Source: Camelus ferus
Taxonomy: Eukaryota
Direction of reading: 5' to 3'
DNA length: 64,000 nucleotides
Assembly (NCBI RefSeq): GCF_009834535.1
Contig: NC_045698.1
Span: 10,852,001 to 10,916,000, forward strand
Position numbers and translations under genes: made by a program. The notes below the pieces were generated by a model. It saw nothing but the letters and a program-made list of their open reading frames with translations, did not search any database and was not told the DNA's origin. The stretch's first letter is position 1; each line of letters begins with the position of its first letter. Shown here in pieces: positions 12,540 to 24,790 of this stretch.

Positions 12540-12672
12540 TTGGACAAATGGCTGAAACTTTCTGTGCCTCAGAATGTTCATCAGAAAAATGGAGCTGATA
12601 AGAGCGGAACTCACGTTAGAGGGCTGTTGTTTTGAATGGATGTGGCAAAGCACATGATACAATAAATGCTCA
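12540..12672 (+). mobile_element. MIR fragment
   Basis: 'ctttctgtgcctcagaatgttcatcagaaaaatggagctgataa' resembles the MIR core. Confidence 0.65.
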
Positions 12673-12709
12673 AGCCCTACTAGTTATGATGCATACACAG
12701 CCGTGCCCT

Positions 12710-12895
12710 TCTCTTTATCATAACATTTACCATACCTTTTCCAACTGCTTGTTTAATTATCTATCTTCCTTTCTTGACCGTAAGCCTCATAAGAGCAGGA
12801 ATCTTATCTTTTCTCATAGTATTTCTAGCATTTGGTGCTGGGCTTGGCATGTATAAGGATGCTCAGTAAATATTTGCTGAATATGTGAATGAATA
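12710..12895 (+). mobile_element. L2 3' end
   Basis: 'gaccgtaagcctcataagagcagga...tgctcagtaaatatttgctgaat...gaatgaat'. Confidence 0.8.
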
Positions 12896-13306
12896 ATTTG
12901 GAGGGAAAGCCCTCAATTATTTTTAACATGGTGTGGGTCAAATAAAACACATCGGAGGACTGCATTTGGCCTATGGACATCCAATTTGTGATTTTTGCTA
13001 AGAGTATGGCCATGATAATTTAGCATGGAAGTCTTTCAGACATGTGTTATCAATCTTTTATATGACTCTGGAAGACTCAACAAACATCCATAGCATGTCT
13101 AATTTGGGACAATAAAGATGCTAGTGAAACCTTGACATTTCAATAGTTCAGATGATTTCAAATATTTCTCTCCCAAACTGAAAGAAGGACAAAGTTGTTT
13201 TATTTCCTCTCCCTTTAAGTTAAAAATAATTCTCCCTGTTTTAAAAAATGACAGTGTGTCTTAACAGCTTCCAAGTTATAGCTAACAACACTTTGCTGTT
13301 TCTTAG

Positions 13307-13397
13307 GGATGTGTTTCATCTGTTATCTATTCATAACCCGAAGTTGCTGTCCTTGGAGGAAGACCAGAAGCTATACGGAGGGAGTCTCCTCCAATAA
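13307..13397 (+). other. Candidate terminal exon (given up to the in-frame stop)
   Basis: Branch-point-like gctaac (13281-13286) plus 'ctttgctgtttcttag' acceptor; phase matches the 11470-11525 candidate. Confidence 0.25.
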
Positions 13398-14734
13398 GTC
13401 CTTGATGTCCATGCTCTGTGCTCCCTACTGGTCCTTGAAATGCAATCTCTCCACCCAGTATTTAACTTCATGGCATTTGGTACTTGGAAACTATTTAAAA
13501 AGAAAAAAAAATGACTTAACTCCAGTCAACGTTGCATTAAAAAAGTTTCCTTTGGATAAAAAATTAGGATAGAAATGATGAGACACATTTCCCCAGGCAT
13601 CATTCAGAGTTCACTATGAACAAATGTTAACTGTAAAAAAAAAGTTTTTGTAAATAATGCAGTTTCAATAACCGTAACACATTTCTTATATAAGCATGGG
13701 CACAACTATTTTAATCGAACTTTAGTGGCTGTCTAGACAGACTGATAGAATATCTTGATCTGGAATTTAACTAGAGATTAAAAAACTCAGAGGAAAAATG
13801 CTTTGATGTCTTTTTTGGGAAGATGTGGTTTTGGAGGTGAACAAGCCTATGGAGGGAGGATGCAAGAATGCTGGTTTTAGAAATGAGATATTAGGTAAAA
13901 GAGAGAGACAAAGAACATGGTGAGAAGCTGTCATATTTGTGAATCCACTTTTAGGGATTATTCTGTAACTCAAATTTGGAACTAGGTCCATAATAGATCT
14001 CATGTGTTTGGCAGTAAATAGTACCGATGTTTGAAAAATGGGATTAGTCAGCTCCAGCACCAGCTATCTCCATTGCTATCAGTAATCTTATTTTGATGAC
14101 GTTTCTGTTGTTATTACATTCCAAGTCATGTCTAGAGGGCTGCCCATTACGTGAAGTCTCTAAACAGCTGGGAAGAGGAAGGGGTGGCAGGGCTGGGTGG
14201 CAGCCTCTCTCCCACGGTCTTTGTTTTCTGTCTGCCTCCTGCATCCACCGCCAAAATGGCTCTTCCCTTTCCTGTTCATCGTCTCGAGACTTCAGTGTTG
14301 CCTTTTCTGCTGTTCTTCCAAGAAGGAGGTCTCTGCAATTATGTCCCATCTTTCAGTTTTTAACCCCAAACGTCACGCTTTAGTATGTGATTTAAATATG
14401 GGCCCGGTAAGAAAATAACCCTGGCTTCACCCTGGGGTCTGGAAGAATCAGACACAATTAGGTACTCTGCAGAGAGAAACTGGGGGAAAGCCTCAATCGA
14501 AGTGTGAAGCTTTACAGTTTATGATGGAACGGAAGGGTTGGAACTGCTGACATAAGGCTGCGAGAAATCTTCTAGCCTCTGTCTGGAACTTCTGGAACCC
14601 ATTTTCTGGAGGAAGCCAGCTGTCATGTATGGAGACTACCCCTGGGCTGCTCTGCTGGGAGGAAGTCCAGGCAGTCATATCCTTGCTCATTATGTCATCT
14701 ATTGTGACAACTGCCAAATATATACATTTGCCCC

Positions 14735-15906
14735 CTCTCCTCTGAGCCTCAGAGTCGTGCACCCACAGGTCCACTTCACATCTCCGCTTGAAAGCCCCAT
14801 CCCGCAAGCATCACGGTGTAAATGTTGGAAACAGAACACTGGATTTCTAGTCTCCCCTGCCCCCCAAATCTCTCCCTTCTTCAATTTCTCATCTTGGGAA
14901 CTGGTTCCAACACCCACCCAGTGCTTTAGCCTTCATTTATCTTCTTGCAAACCTCACATCTAGTCCATCTGTAAAAAACTAGCTGTTCTGTGTTCACTTG
15001 TGTCCCTTGAATTTTTTCCAGTTTTCTCCACCTCCACTGTCTGCATCATCATCTCTTTCAATGGCCTCCACAGTGGACTCCTGCCTCCTTTCCTGTCACT
15101 CATCTGTCCATCCTGCACTCACCAACTACCGTTATGTTTTAAAATGTCGGTCAGATCTTCCCAGGTCCCTGTGTGGACACCTGAATAGCTTGCTAAGGCG
15201 TCTGAGTACCACCCCAACCACAGAACATGATACATGTGGTCCTCCATGGTCTTCTACAGCCTCATTTCGTGGCCCTCTCCCCTTGCTCAGTTCTTCCAGC
15301 ACACCAGCCCTTTCTCACCTAGGGACCTTGGTAATGACTGCCCTTTCCTTGGACCACTCCCATCTGCTCTTCACATTCTCAGCTTAAATATCATTGGAGA
15401 ACTCTCACGACTGCCCCACCTAGTGTAGTTTCCTCCAGTGTCTTTAATCATGGCATCCTATTTGTTTACCATAACGTTTGTGACCACTGTAATTATTATT
15501 TTTATTATTGATTTATGTTGAAGTAGAGTTGATGTACAATGCTATGTAAGTTGCAGGTGTACAATAGAGTACAATGGAGTTTAAAAGTTAAATTCCATTT
15601 ATAGCTATTATAAAATATTGGTCGTATTCACTGTGTGGTACAATATATCCTTGTAGCTTATTTTATGCATAAAATTTTGTACCTCTTAATCCCCGCCCCC
15701 TGCACTGCCCCTCCCCCTTTCCCTCTCCCTACTGTAATTGTTTGTGTTTTCACATTTAATATGTACCATCTGGCTCTTTATATACCCTTTAAACACCACA
15801 AACTTATGGCCCATGTCTATTTTCTATTCTCCATTTTGTCCTTGGTACTTATCATACTGCCTGTCACAAACCAGGTGCTCAGCTAGATATTCTGTTGAAT
15901 AAATTA
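14735..15906 (+). mobile_element. L2 fragment split by an L1 3' end
   Basis: Pyrimidine-rich L2-like sequence 'ctcctgagcctcaga...cttcacatctcc', ending 'caggtgctcagctagatattctgttgaataaat'. Confidence 0.75.
15495..15730 (-). mobile_element. L1 3' terminus with TSD
   Basis: 'ttgaagtagagttgatgtacaat...'; TSD actgtaatt 15486-15494 / 15731-15739. Confidence 0.85.
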
Positions 15907-16148
15907 ACAAATACCAAAGCCTTGGGAAATCTCAAGAGAACCATGTACTTGATTTAGGGGAGAAGCTGTGAGAAAGCGTTCTCTTCCATAGTGAGACAGA
16001 CTAGAAAACCAGGAACGGAAGCCTGTTTTGAAGGGTATCAGGGCAGCATTACACCAGGGAGACCTGGTCCCTACCCATCTCCTGTTATTCCTCTTGGACT
16101 AGCTCCCCACCCTTTCATCACTCAAGTTCCCATTTTTCTCCTGCCCCT

Positions 16149-16331
16149 GGAAATCCCACTCTCAAGTCTGACTCTTCAGCAGTCCCGCCCTCTTCTCCTT
16201 CATCTCCACCTGTGACGCCCCCCCTACCCAAGTGCAGTTCTCACGTCAGAAATGCCCCTACCCGCAGCCTGAAACCGGAAGCCCCCACTTGCCCCACTCA
16301 GTGAATGGGGGAGGCCTGGGGCAGGGGAGGG
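16149..16331. promoter_or_regulatory. GC-rich promoter/enhancer-like motif cluster
   Basis: kB-like ggaaatccc 16149, GC box ccgccc 16185, TGACG 16213, TCACGTCA 16241, ETS accggaag 16274, G4 motif 16307-16331. Confidence 0.35.
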
Positions 16332-17479
16332 AACCCTCAGTTCCTTGGTTCTACAGCTGCGCTTCCAGCTCCCAAACTGAGTGAGGAAGAGATGGCAGTG
16401 GAACCCTCAAGCAAAGAAGTTCAGTAGACAAGTGGGTTCAAGACTGAGCCTCGGAGGAGAGTTTCAGGCCAATGTACACATTTGCGAGTTGTCATAATAG
16501 ATGAAACCTTGAGAAAGGATAAAACCCACAGGAAGAGGCATTAGAAGGAGGAGGAAAGAGGATGGCTGACGGCAAAAAAAAAAAAAAAAAAAAAGAGTAA
16601 CTGGGAGGAAAAGAAAAGTTTTTCTTCTCCGACACTTGGTCCAGATGGGAAGAGACTGTCTCCAAAGCACATCAGCTCCTGATGTGACCTCTGCTCCCCG
16701 GACGTCAACCTGAGGAAGCAAGATGAAGGGACCTTCTGACTTTGGTTCCAAATATTACAATATCCCCCATCTCCCACATGTTGCCCATTTCTTCCATGAA
16801 GCCCACAAGGGCTTTGAGAAGTGTTTGGGAACTGGTCCTTTTTGCTACGTGGAGCTCACCATTGCTCTCTGTCTCACCCTGGCTGCCTGGGCTCCTGCAG
16901 GCAGAGTGACCCCAGTGTTATACCCCCGCCCCAGGCCACCCTTCTGTGAGCTCCAGGCCTGGGAGCAAGCCCCTGGACCTTCCTGTGATGCCCCAGAATC
17001 CTAGTTACCAAAACATTTGCAGGTTCTCTTTCTCTTCTTTTGTGTTAATTTTGTTCAGAGAGTCACAACTACAGGATTTCTCAATGATTAGCTGATAACT
17101 TAGGCATGGAACTCACTGCAGCCATCAGACTTGAATTTTGTAAAGGGACTCGTGAGATCCCCAAAGTCGAGCCCTTTACCAAAGGGAAATCTGTTCCACA
17201 TGAGCCTTGGAAAGAAGATGCATAAATGAAGACTCTGAAGGCTCAGCACCTGCTGATCTAGGACCTTCCCCACAGGGTGACTCCCTAGGATGGGAGTGGA
17301 GCCAAGTGCTCTTTGGGGGGAGGACTTAACTCATTCTTTTGCTTCTCTCTGAGAGAAAGAGGGTTTGGGGAACCCATGGTTAAGGGTGTCTGAGGCTGAA
17401 GATGGAGGAGAACAAAGAAACTTCTGGTTACTTCACAGCAGGACTAAAACTCAGCACACAGGTTTTACAAAATACAAAC

Positions 17480-17552
17480 AATGCTTGTATCTCACCCCTA
17501 GAGATTCTGATGTGATTTTGTCTTAAGTGCAGCTGGAATTTTAAAAGCTTTT
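17480..17552. mobile_element. MER5-like hAT fragment
   Basis: 'cacccctagagattctgatgtgattttgtct...tttaaaagct'. Confidence 0.55.
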
Positions 17553-17590
17553 GAGGGAATCTCAAAAGAGTCTCAAAAGAGGGAGTGTCT

Positions 17591-18218
17591 GTAATCGCCA
17601 AGACATGGAAGCAATCTAAATGTCCATCAACATGCAAATGGATAAAGATGTGGTATGTATGTGTATATATATTTATGTGTAGATGTGTATACACATTTAT
17701 GTGTAGATGTGTATACACATATACGTGTATATATGTATATATACACACAATGGAATATTACTCAGCCATAGAAAGGAATGAAATAATGTCATTGGCAGAA
17801 ACATGGATGGAACTGGAGATTATTATATTAAGTGAAGTAAGTCAGTTGAGAAAGACAAATATCATATAACTTATGTGTGGAATCTAAAAAAAATGATACA
17901 AATGAACTTATTTACAAAGAGAAATAGATGCACAGACATAGAAAACAAACTTATAGTTACCAAAGGGGAAAGGGTTTGAGGGGAGGGATAAATTAGGAGT
18001 TTGAGATTAGCAGATACAAACTACTATACATAAAATAGATAAATAACAAGTTCCTACTGTATAGCACAAGGAATTATATTCAATATCTTATAATAACCTA
18101 TAATGGAAAAGAATTTGAAAAAGAATATATATGTATTTATAACTGAATCACTTTGCTGTGCACCTGAAACTAACACAACATTGTAAACTAACTCTACTCC
18201 AATTAGAAAAAAAAAAAA
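17591..18218 (+). mobile_element. L1 3' end with poly(A) and 16-bp TSD
   Basis: ORF 'IAKTWKQSKCPS...MEYYSAIERNEIM'; TSD aaaagagggagtgtct 17575-17590 / aaaagaggcagtgtct 18219-18234; internal TA/TG expansion. Confidence 0.95.
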
Positions 18219-18516
18219 AAAAGAGGCAGTGTCTTGGGTAGCTCTTCAAATATCCACCTCATGGATCCAAAGTTCCCTCCATCTGAAATCGAGACCTTCA
18301 AAGCACAAGCTTGAACTGAATCACGGAAATACAGCACGGCTAATAGGTGCATTTTAGACTATGGGTGAAGAAAGAAGATAAGGCCACAAAAACACGAATA
18401 CCAAAAGCTTTTCACACCATTTTTCTCATGGGTATGGGTTGTTGTGTTTGTGGGAGGCAATGGAACTGGGAGCAACCAGGAGAAAACATTATAATCTAGG
18501 GCTGGGGTGAGTGATC

Positions 18517-18662
18517 TTTTTTTTTTTTTTTTTTTTTTTTATTTTTGGGAGGGAGGTAATTAGGTTTATTTCTTTATTTATTTCTTAGTGGAAGTGCTGA
18601 TTGAACCCAGGACCTCACGCTTGCTAAGCAGGCACTCTACCACTGAGCTATACCCTCCCTCC
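18517..18662 (-). mobile_element. tRNA-derived camelid SINE (Vic-1 type)
   Basis: Minus strand reads GGGAGGGTATAGCTCAGTGGTAGAGTGCCTGCTTAGCAAGCGTGAGGTCCTGGGTTCAATC (A and B boxes)...AAATAAACCTAATTACCTCCC, then an A24 tail; TSD 18508-18518 / 18664-18674. Confidence 0.92.
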
Positions 18663-21600
18663 TTGAGCAATCTTATGTACAGAATTTTTGTGCCCTTCCT
18701 TTTCATTAATCCAGGCACGAGGTGGGTCCCAGTTCTCTCTCAAGGTGCCCCAGACTCGCAAAGCCAATAAAATCTCCTGAGAATCTCTGAGCCACGCTGA
18801 TCTCTGTTGTCTCTCTGTGACAGTTTTGTCCAAAGGGCTCTGGTGCCTACATGAAAGAAGGGAGTGGCACTAACGATACAGTTCAACCTAAATTTTGTGC
18901 TTTAGACCCTCTTGAAACAGCCTAGCTGTTGAGGAAGAGTGAATTGGATTAAGTCACAAAAAGATACGTTATAGTGTAAGAAAAATTAAATTGGAGAGAA
19001 ACATGTCATAAAACTTTTGACAAGAATTATAAATCCAATTTATTTATCCACAAAAAAAAGGACTGTCAGTAGTGGACATGGTAATAAATCAGCCTAGATG
19101 ATTAGAAATAATGCAGTGAATAATCCGCAAAGGAATTAGGAACCAAATAGTAATTTCTGAGTAATATATTATCAGGTTGCATTGGTTGCAAAACCGATGT
19201 GCCCCTGAACCGCTGTGAAAAGCTGCAACGACTCTGGAATTAAGAAATTTGGGCGTTGTGAGTAGGAGTGGTATTTACTTGGTTTTCAGCTCTTGAAAGA
19301 GGCAGCTTGATTGGGAGGTGGGTGGCTTTGTGTCCAGCATACGTGACATATTTAATTCTACACACCATGGATAGAATGCAATTGTTAGATTGACTACTTC
19401 GTATTCCAGTGCGTCCTTGCTCATCATATTTCCGTTTTGGCTCTTGTGGCTGCCTTTGCCTTCTAACCTAAACATTTTACCCCCTTTGGCAGCATTAAGA
19501 ACCCTGATTGTTAGACTTAACAAGAGGATGTGCCAAGTGCTTGATCAAAGCAGGTCATGATTTTATTAAGTTGCATTAAACCTGACAATTGTCAGCCTTG
19601 AGTACTTTCCACCTCCCTGTCTCCCCGAGGTCAGGAATAATGTAGGAATTTTAATGTGATTCTCCGCGGTGGCTGATTTGAATTTCTAGGACAGTAAGAA
19701 GAATTTCTAGGATGTTAGGGAAGAGGGCACATTCCTAGGGGAAGACTGCCTCTCCCAGGTGTTATCTCAAATGAAATGGCCTCAAACTGTATTAATATGC
19801 CACCAGTTGTATCCTATGAGAACTTATCAAGAAATAAATTTAGTAGCCATGGTGTTCGTCTTTGCTAAGTCAGGAACTGTGTAACTTGTGGGCTTGCGTC
19901 AGAGGTTGAAGGAAATCTGCAAGCCTGCTAACCCTCATGCAGCAGACAGTCACATGGCTTGTTCTTCTAAAGTCCAGCTGGCAACCTTTGAAAAGAAACC
20001 TATTTGATTGGCAGCCGTGCAGCTTTGCAATTTCTTGTGCCATCCAGGTCAGAAAATCATGTTGGAATGAGCAGACATAGCTACCATTAAAAAAAAGTTA
20101 GAGTTAATGAGTGCTTATCAAATGTTTATATAAGTGATAATTTGACATGGTGAGGAGCTTTTGGACAGAAATGCATGGGCTGGTGATATCTAAAAGTCAA
20201 AACTTCTAGATTGGAATCAGGGCTATAAATATGCTATTATCTTGGTGTCTGTTTCAAAAATTGTGTATAGTTTCATTTGAAAGTTTAGTCTAAGTTCCAG
20301 TGACCTGATACGTAATAAACCATGTATGCATGTATCTATCTATATGTATATATACGCACAGACATATGTGATCTGCATATATATACATAAAAGGATATAG
20401 ATATCAAAGGAATATATAAAAAATCCATCTATATATCATTTTATATCCTTTCTTCCTTTCTCTGTCTCTGTCTCTCTTTCTCCTCTCTGTAGACATATGT
20501 GCATATCCATATACGTATTTTTTCCTTCTTACGCATATTTTCCTTAGAGAGAAAATCATCTTGATGTGGCTGGAGCAAGGTAAATGTAGATACTCCTCAG
20601 CCAGCTTTCAAGGTCTAGGATTGAACTCTTTGCATGCGCCAAGAGAGACACAGGAAGAGACAGAGAGATTGCTCTTAAAAGCATTGTCCACTCAGCAGTT
20701 CCATTGGAGAGTAACATTGCTCATTGTAAAGGAAACTAAAAGAGAAAAAGAAACATTGGACTGTAATGGTTGCTGCATCAATTTGCTGACATTTCACAAT
20801 CATCTCCCTGCAAATTGGACTCGTTGGCATCAAGGAACACGTGGGTGAATACCAGATGCAGAAGCATCTCAGCTTGGCTTCTTCTATGACGGTGAAGTCT
20901 AGCAACTACTTTTAGTCCTGAGAAGGTAGCTTAAAGTGGTAACAGACTTACACTTGGTATTTCTTTTTCTTTCTTGTATTAAAAAAAAAAAAAAGCCCTT
21001 CTCTCTGGAGGGAGTTTAAGGTACTTGAGACTTGTATTTACTGCTGATTTTTAACTATGACATTTACCTGTTCATTGCCATGTTTCATCTTGGTCTTCAT
21101 AATAGCCTTATGGTGTCCAGCCTCAGAAGGGCCCCAGTCATGTTCAGTGACCACTCCCTTCTCCTTTCCAGGATGAGGCAAGTCCCTAGGACCATCTGGG
21201 AAAAGATGGGCTGTTTCCTCCTCAGTAGTAGAGACATTTGATTGCTTTTCTAGTATTTCGCCATTTTGGTAACTTGACCACTGTTCCTCCATTTCTTCTG
21301 CTCCTACTGCCACCTGCTGACCAACTTTCTCTCTGCATAGCTTGGGTTCCCATTCTCTAGGCAAGATCTGATCCCATTAGCCAGTCACCACAGGCCTATG
21401 CCCACATGCCTGTTGAACAGAACTGTAAGACTGTATGGCATTGGATGAGACCTTCATCCCTGGTCTGACATGGATGGGATCTGAGTGGTGGGGTCCTGGT
21501 GGCATGGCACAGATTCCCTTGTATGAGTTGCTGTATCTGACTCTGACCCCATATGGGAGATGATAACCTTGCCTCGCAGGGTGGCTGTCAGGATTGAAAA

Positions 21601-21879
21601 AGAAATCCCAGTGTCCAGCATGGTAGGGCCTTAGCTGAGCTACAGGCTTTTCCTGCTCTGCTGCTATCTTTGGACTTGAACCTGTGGCAGATAGTAACTT
21701 TTTTGGATTTTTATTTTCTCACAATCTTTTTTGTTTTTGCCTTTTTGATTTGTAAGTCTCCAGAGTGATGCAGATGAGTCATATTTAGGGTCCAGCTGTA
21801 GAAATGACATGTTTTATCTTTGGATGAGGATGTGATGATGGTGATAATGATGGTAATGAGGATGAGGATGACGACCGGG

Positions 21880-22120
21880 GCCAGCCACACCGACTGCTGG
21901 CCACGTGCCAGGCACTGTGTGAAGTGCTTTGCATGAATTATCTTATTTCATACTCATCTTGATTCTACAGAGCAGGTTCTGTTCTTGTCCCTATTGTACT
22001 GAGGCCACTGAGAGTCTCAGGAAGGTTAGATAACCTGCCCAAAGTTACACGCCTGTGGACCCAGTTTTGGAGTGGAGTTCAGTTTTGACCTCCACTGAAG
22101 AGCTGAGCCTTCCAGCAGCC
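21880..22120 (-). mobile_element. MIR
   Basis: 'gtgccaggcactgtgtgaagtgctttgcatgaattatctt...aggttagataacctgcccaaagttacac'. Confidence 0.85.
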
Positions 22121-23384
22121 AGTAGGTTGAATTTTTAGTTTCTGGAGAGTAATTTTGGCAGCTGTCTTGCTGTTAGAGAATCATTATGTAGCTTGCTAAT
22201 TTATAATATCATCCGTCCTCAAAGTGGCCAGCATATAAGTGGTGCATGTGAAACTGACTTTTAAAAATTAGTGACCAATCAGTTTAAATGATTAGAATAT
22301 TGGCCAAATCAATGTTTAATTGTGACAAGAGAACTTACGACAAGTGCCCTTGGGGGTATGTACATATAATAGAGGAACTGATAAAGTTATATTTTAAGAA
22401 ACCAACCAAAGATAAAATCTGCAAGCCTTGTTCTCTCATGGTGGTTATAGAAACCAATGCTCCGAATCAACTGCTAATTCGGATTAATTTATATCCCACT
22501 GGTAGCTCATGAAAAAATGTTCTCTGTGTTTTATTTTTTAAAATGTGATGTACAGTCATTGCAACCAGTATATTTGATACCTTATTTATAAAGAATCTTA
22601 AATATGGAATAATTTAAAATAAACGTCCCATTTTTATTATTTGATTCTGTCGTCAGTGGCACACACACACTTTGCTTATTTCAATATCTGGAAGCTTCTG
22701 CTCTAAGGACAAATGTGAACAATTATATCATCCTAACACCTTGACCCACTCTTTTTTTCTTGTTTCTTTTTTTTAGGTTCTTCCCAGGATTGCAGGCCCA
22801 TCTTTTTTTTTTTTTTTTTTAAGAAAAAAATAGAATGATTAGCTTTGTCCCTCTCCTGTCTACCTGCTGTTAAGGCACTGATGTTTATTACTTCTAAATG
22901 AGGTGACAAACTTGTCAATAGCTCTCCTCTTCGAGAAGGTCAAAGGGTGTGATATTTGGATATTTTTAAGAACATTTGAAATGGATATTTTAATATTTTG
23001 GGTAACAGCTTTCTCAGCCTTCATTGAAAGAAAACCATAAATCATTTCTTACATTTAGTAATTTAGGTGAATTTATAGCAAAGAAGTAAAAGTGGCATCG
23101 GTCTAGTAGTTCTGGAAAAAGATGAAGAATGAGGTTATCTATTAAAGCTCAGTATAGGTAATTCAAATCAAAAGGACAAGGGACAGAATTTGCATAATAT
23201 TAAAACATGATCAGTGTGAAATACGCTCCTGTACCTTCTTATAATAAACTGCCATGGCAAGCTTACAAATCAAACCCATGAAGTTGTGTAAGTAGAATTT
23301 ACATACCCATGTATACAGCCTCAAATGACAAGTGCATATGGAATGAATGAATGAATCTAGAGTGAGTAGTGTTTAATTGCACAG

Positions 23385-23700
23385 ACTCAACTCCTTGGAT
23401 TCAGATCCTACCTTTGCCACTTCCCAGCTGTGTGACCTTGTGCAAATTGCTTAATTTCTCTGTTTTTTTTTTCTTTTATGTATAACACTGATAGTAATGG
23501 CACCTACTTCATAGCATTGTTTTTTTTTAATTATCATTATCATCATCATTTTTTAAATTCTTATTTTTTATTGAAGTGTAGTCCACCTACAATGTTAGTT
23601 GCACGTTTTTAGCATAGCATTGTTATGTGGATTAAAGGATTTAACAAATAAGCGGTTTAGACCGTCTCTGGCACATGTGTGCTCACATGTGTTAGCTCTT
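23385..23700 (+). mobile_element. MIR interrupted by a 91-bp antisense L1 tail (23522-23612)
   Basis: 'tgccacttcccagctgtgtgaccttgtgcaaattgcttaa'; TSD catagcattgtt 23510-23521 / 23613-23624. Confidence 0.88.
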
Positions 23701-24609
23701 GTGATATGATTGTTTTCCATTCTCATTCTTATAGAAAGAAAAAAGTAAAGTCGAAGGTAATAATAATGAGACTATTCCATACTGAGATGATGAAAAACAC
23801 TCAAACATCACAAGGATAGACTTCTGAAATGGGTCCAACTTCAATGAGTTAATGAAAATCTCCAATACCCAGAACAAGTGACCTAAGAGCCAACAACTGA
23901 ATGTCAGCTCGTCTGTTCACTCCCATCCGTTGATAGTGATGACTCGAAATGATGGATGGAGACGTTGGCGAAGCCAGTCTGAATGGAGGGGAGGAGGAAG
24001 GTGTGCCTAAGAGAGGCTGCCAAGCGCCCTGGGGCTGGGAGTGTCTCATATGCTCCGCGCATTTTCCTCCCCCACCTACTGCAAATCTTGCACCCAGACC
24101 TGCTGATTGAGCCAAATCCACTTCTTCTGGAAGAATTCAGAGTGAGAGAGACAGTTTATCTCTGTCATTTTGGCCAGGACATAGGTCTACGTGCTTCTAT
24201 CAGCTGAGGCCAAATGTTCAGCCAAGCACAGTCAGGAAATCCTGCAGCTGCTGGCCAAATAGTCCTTTATCCTGTGAGGTGGAACCACTTTACTAAAATT
24301 TCCCCTTCCTTGGCAAAGGTCTCTGTTAAATGTTCCTGGACAATGTGTGTGCAATGCCCTTTATTATGGACTTTTAATTTTTATCACAAAGTAACAACTT
24401 TTATCATCCATGAAGAATTTCTGCACCACCACCTTCCAGTTCCCAAAGAATCTCGTCTAATTCTACTATTCATTCTCCCTAACGGCAACTCACCAAGCAG
24501 TGAAATCTGCAAGTCTTTCGAGTCATCTTAGCAATGGCTGCCACCCACTGAAATCAGCATATCAAGCGCGTTGGGATAGTTGAAGGAGCCTGACAAAGAA
24601 AGCATTTTA

Positions 24610-24790
24610 TATACTTTATCTCATTAAGATTTATCAGCATCCTAGAGGGGATGTATTATCAGTGCTCCTATTTCACAGATGAGAAAACTGAAACTTAGAG
24701 AGATAAGTATCTTTTCCCAGATTAACCACCTAGAGGTTGGTTTAGCTGGAATTTCACGTAGATTTGACTCCAGAATCAGAGCTCATCAGT
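24610..24790 (-). mobile_element. MIR
   Basis: 'cctatttcacagatgagaaaactgaaacttagagag'. Confidence 0.8.

Noticed and set aside
16574..16593. A20 run as the tail of a retrocopy (likewise T runs at ~22803, 36683 and 57302)
   Set aside because: I found no matching TSD and no properly placed poly(A) signal.
18590..18662. tRNA-Ala-like gene
   Set aside because: It has a SINE tail, poly(A) and TSD, and the acceptor stem is degenerate, so it is a SINE.
23935..23982. C/D-box snoRNA (GTGATGA...CTGA)
   Set aside because: Too short (~48 nt) and lacks a convincing terminal stem or internal C'/D' boxes.
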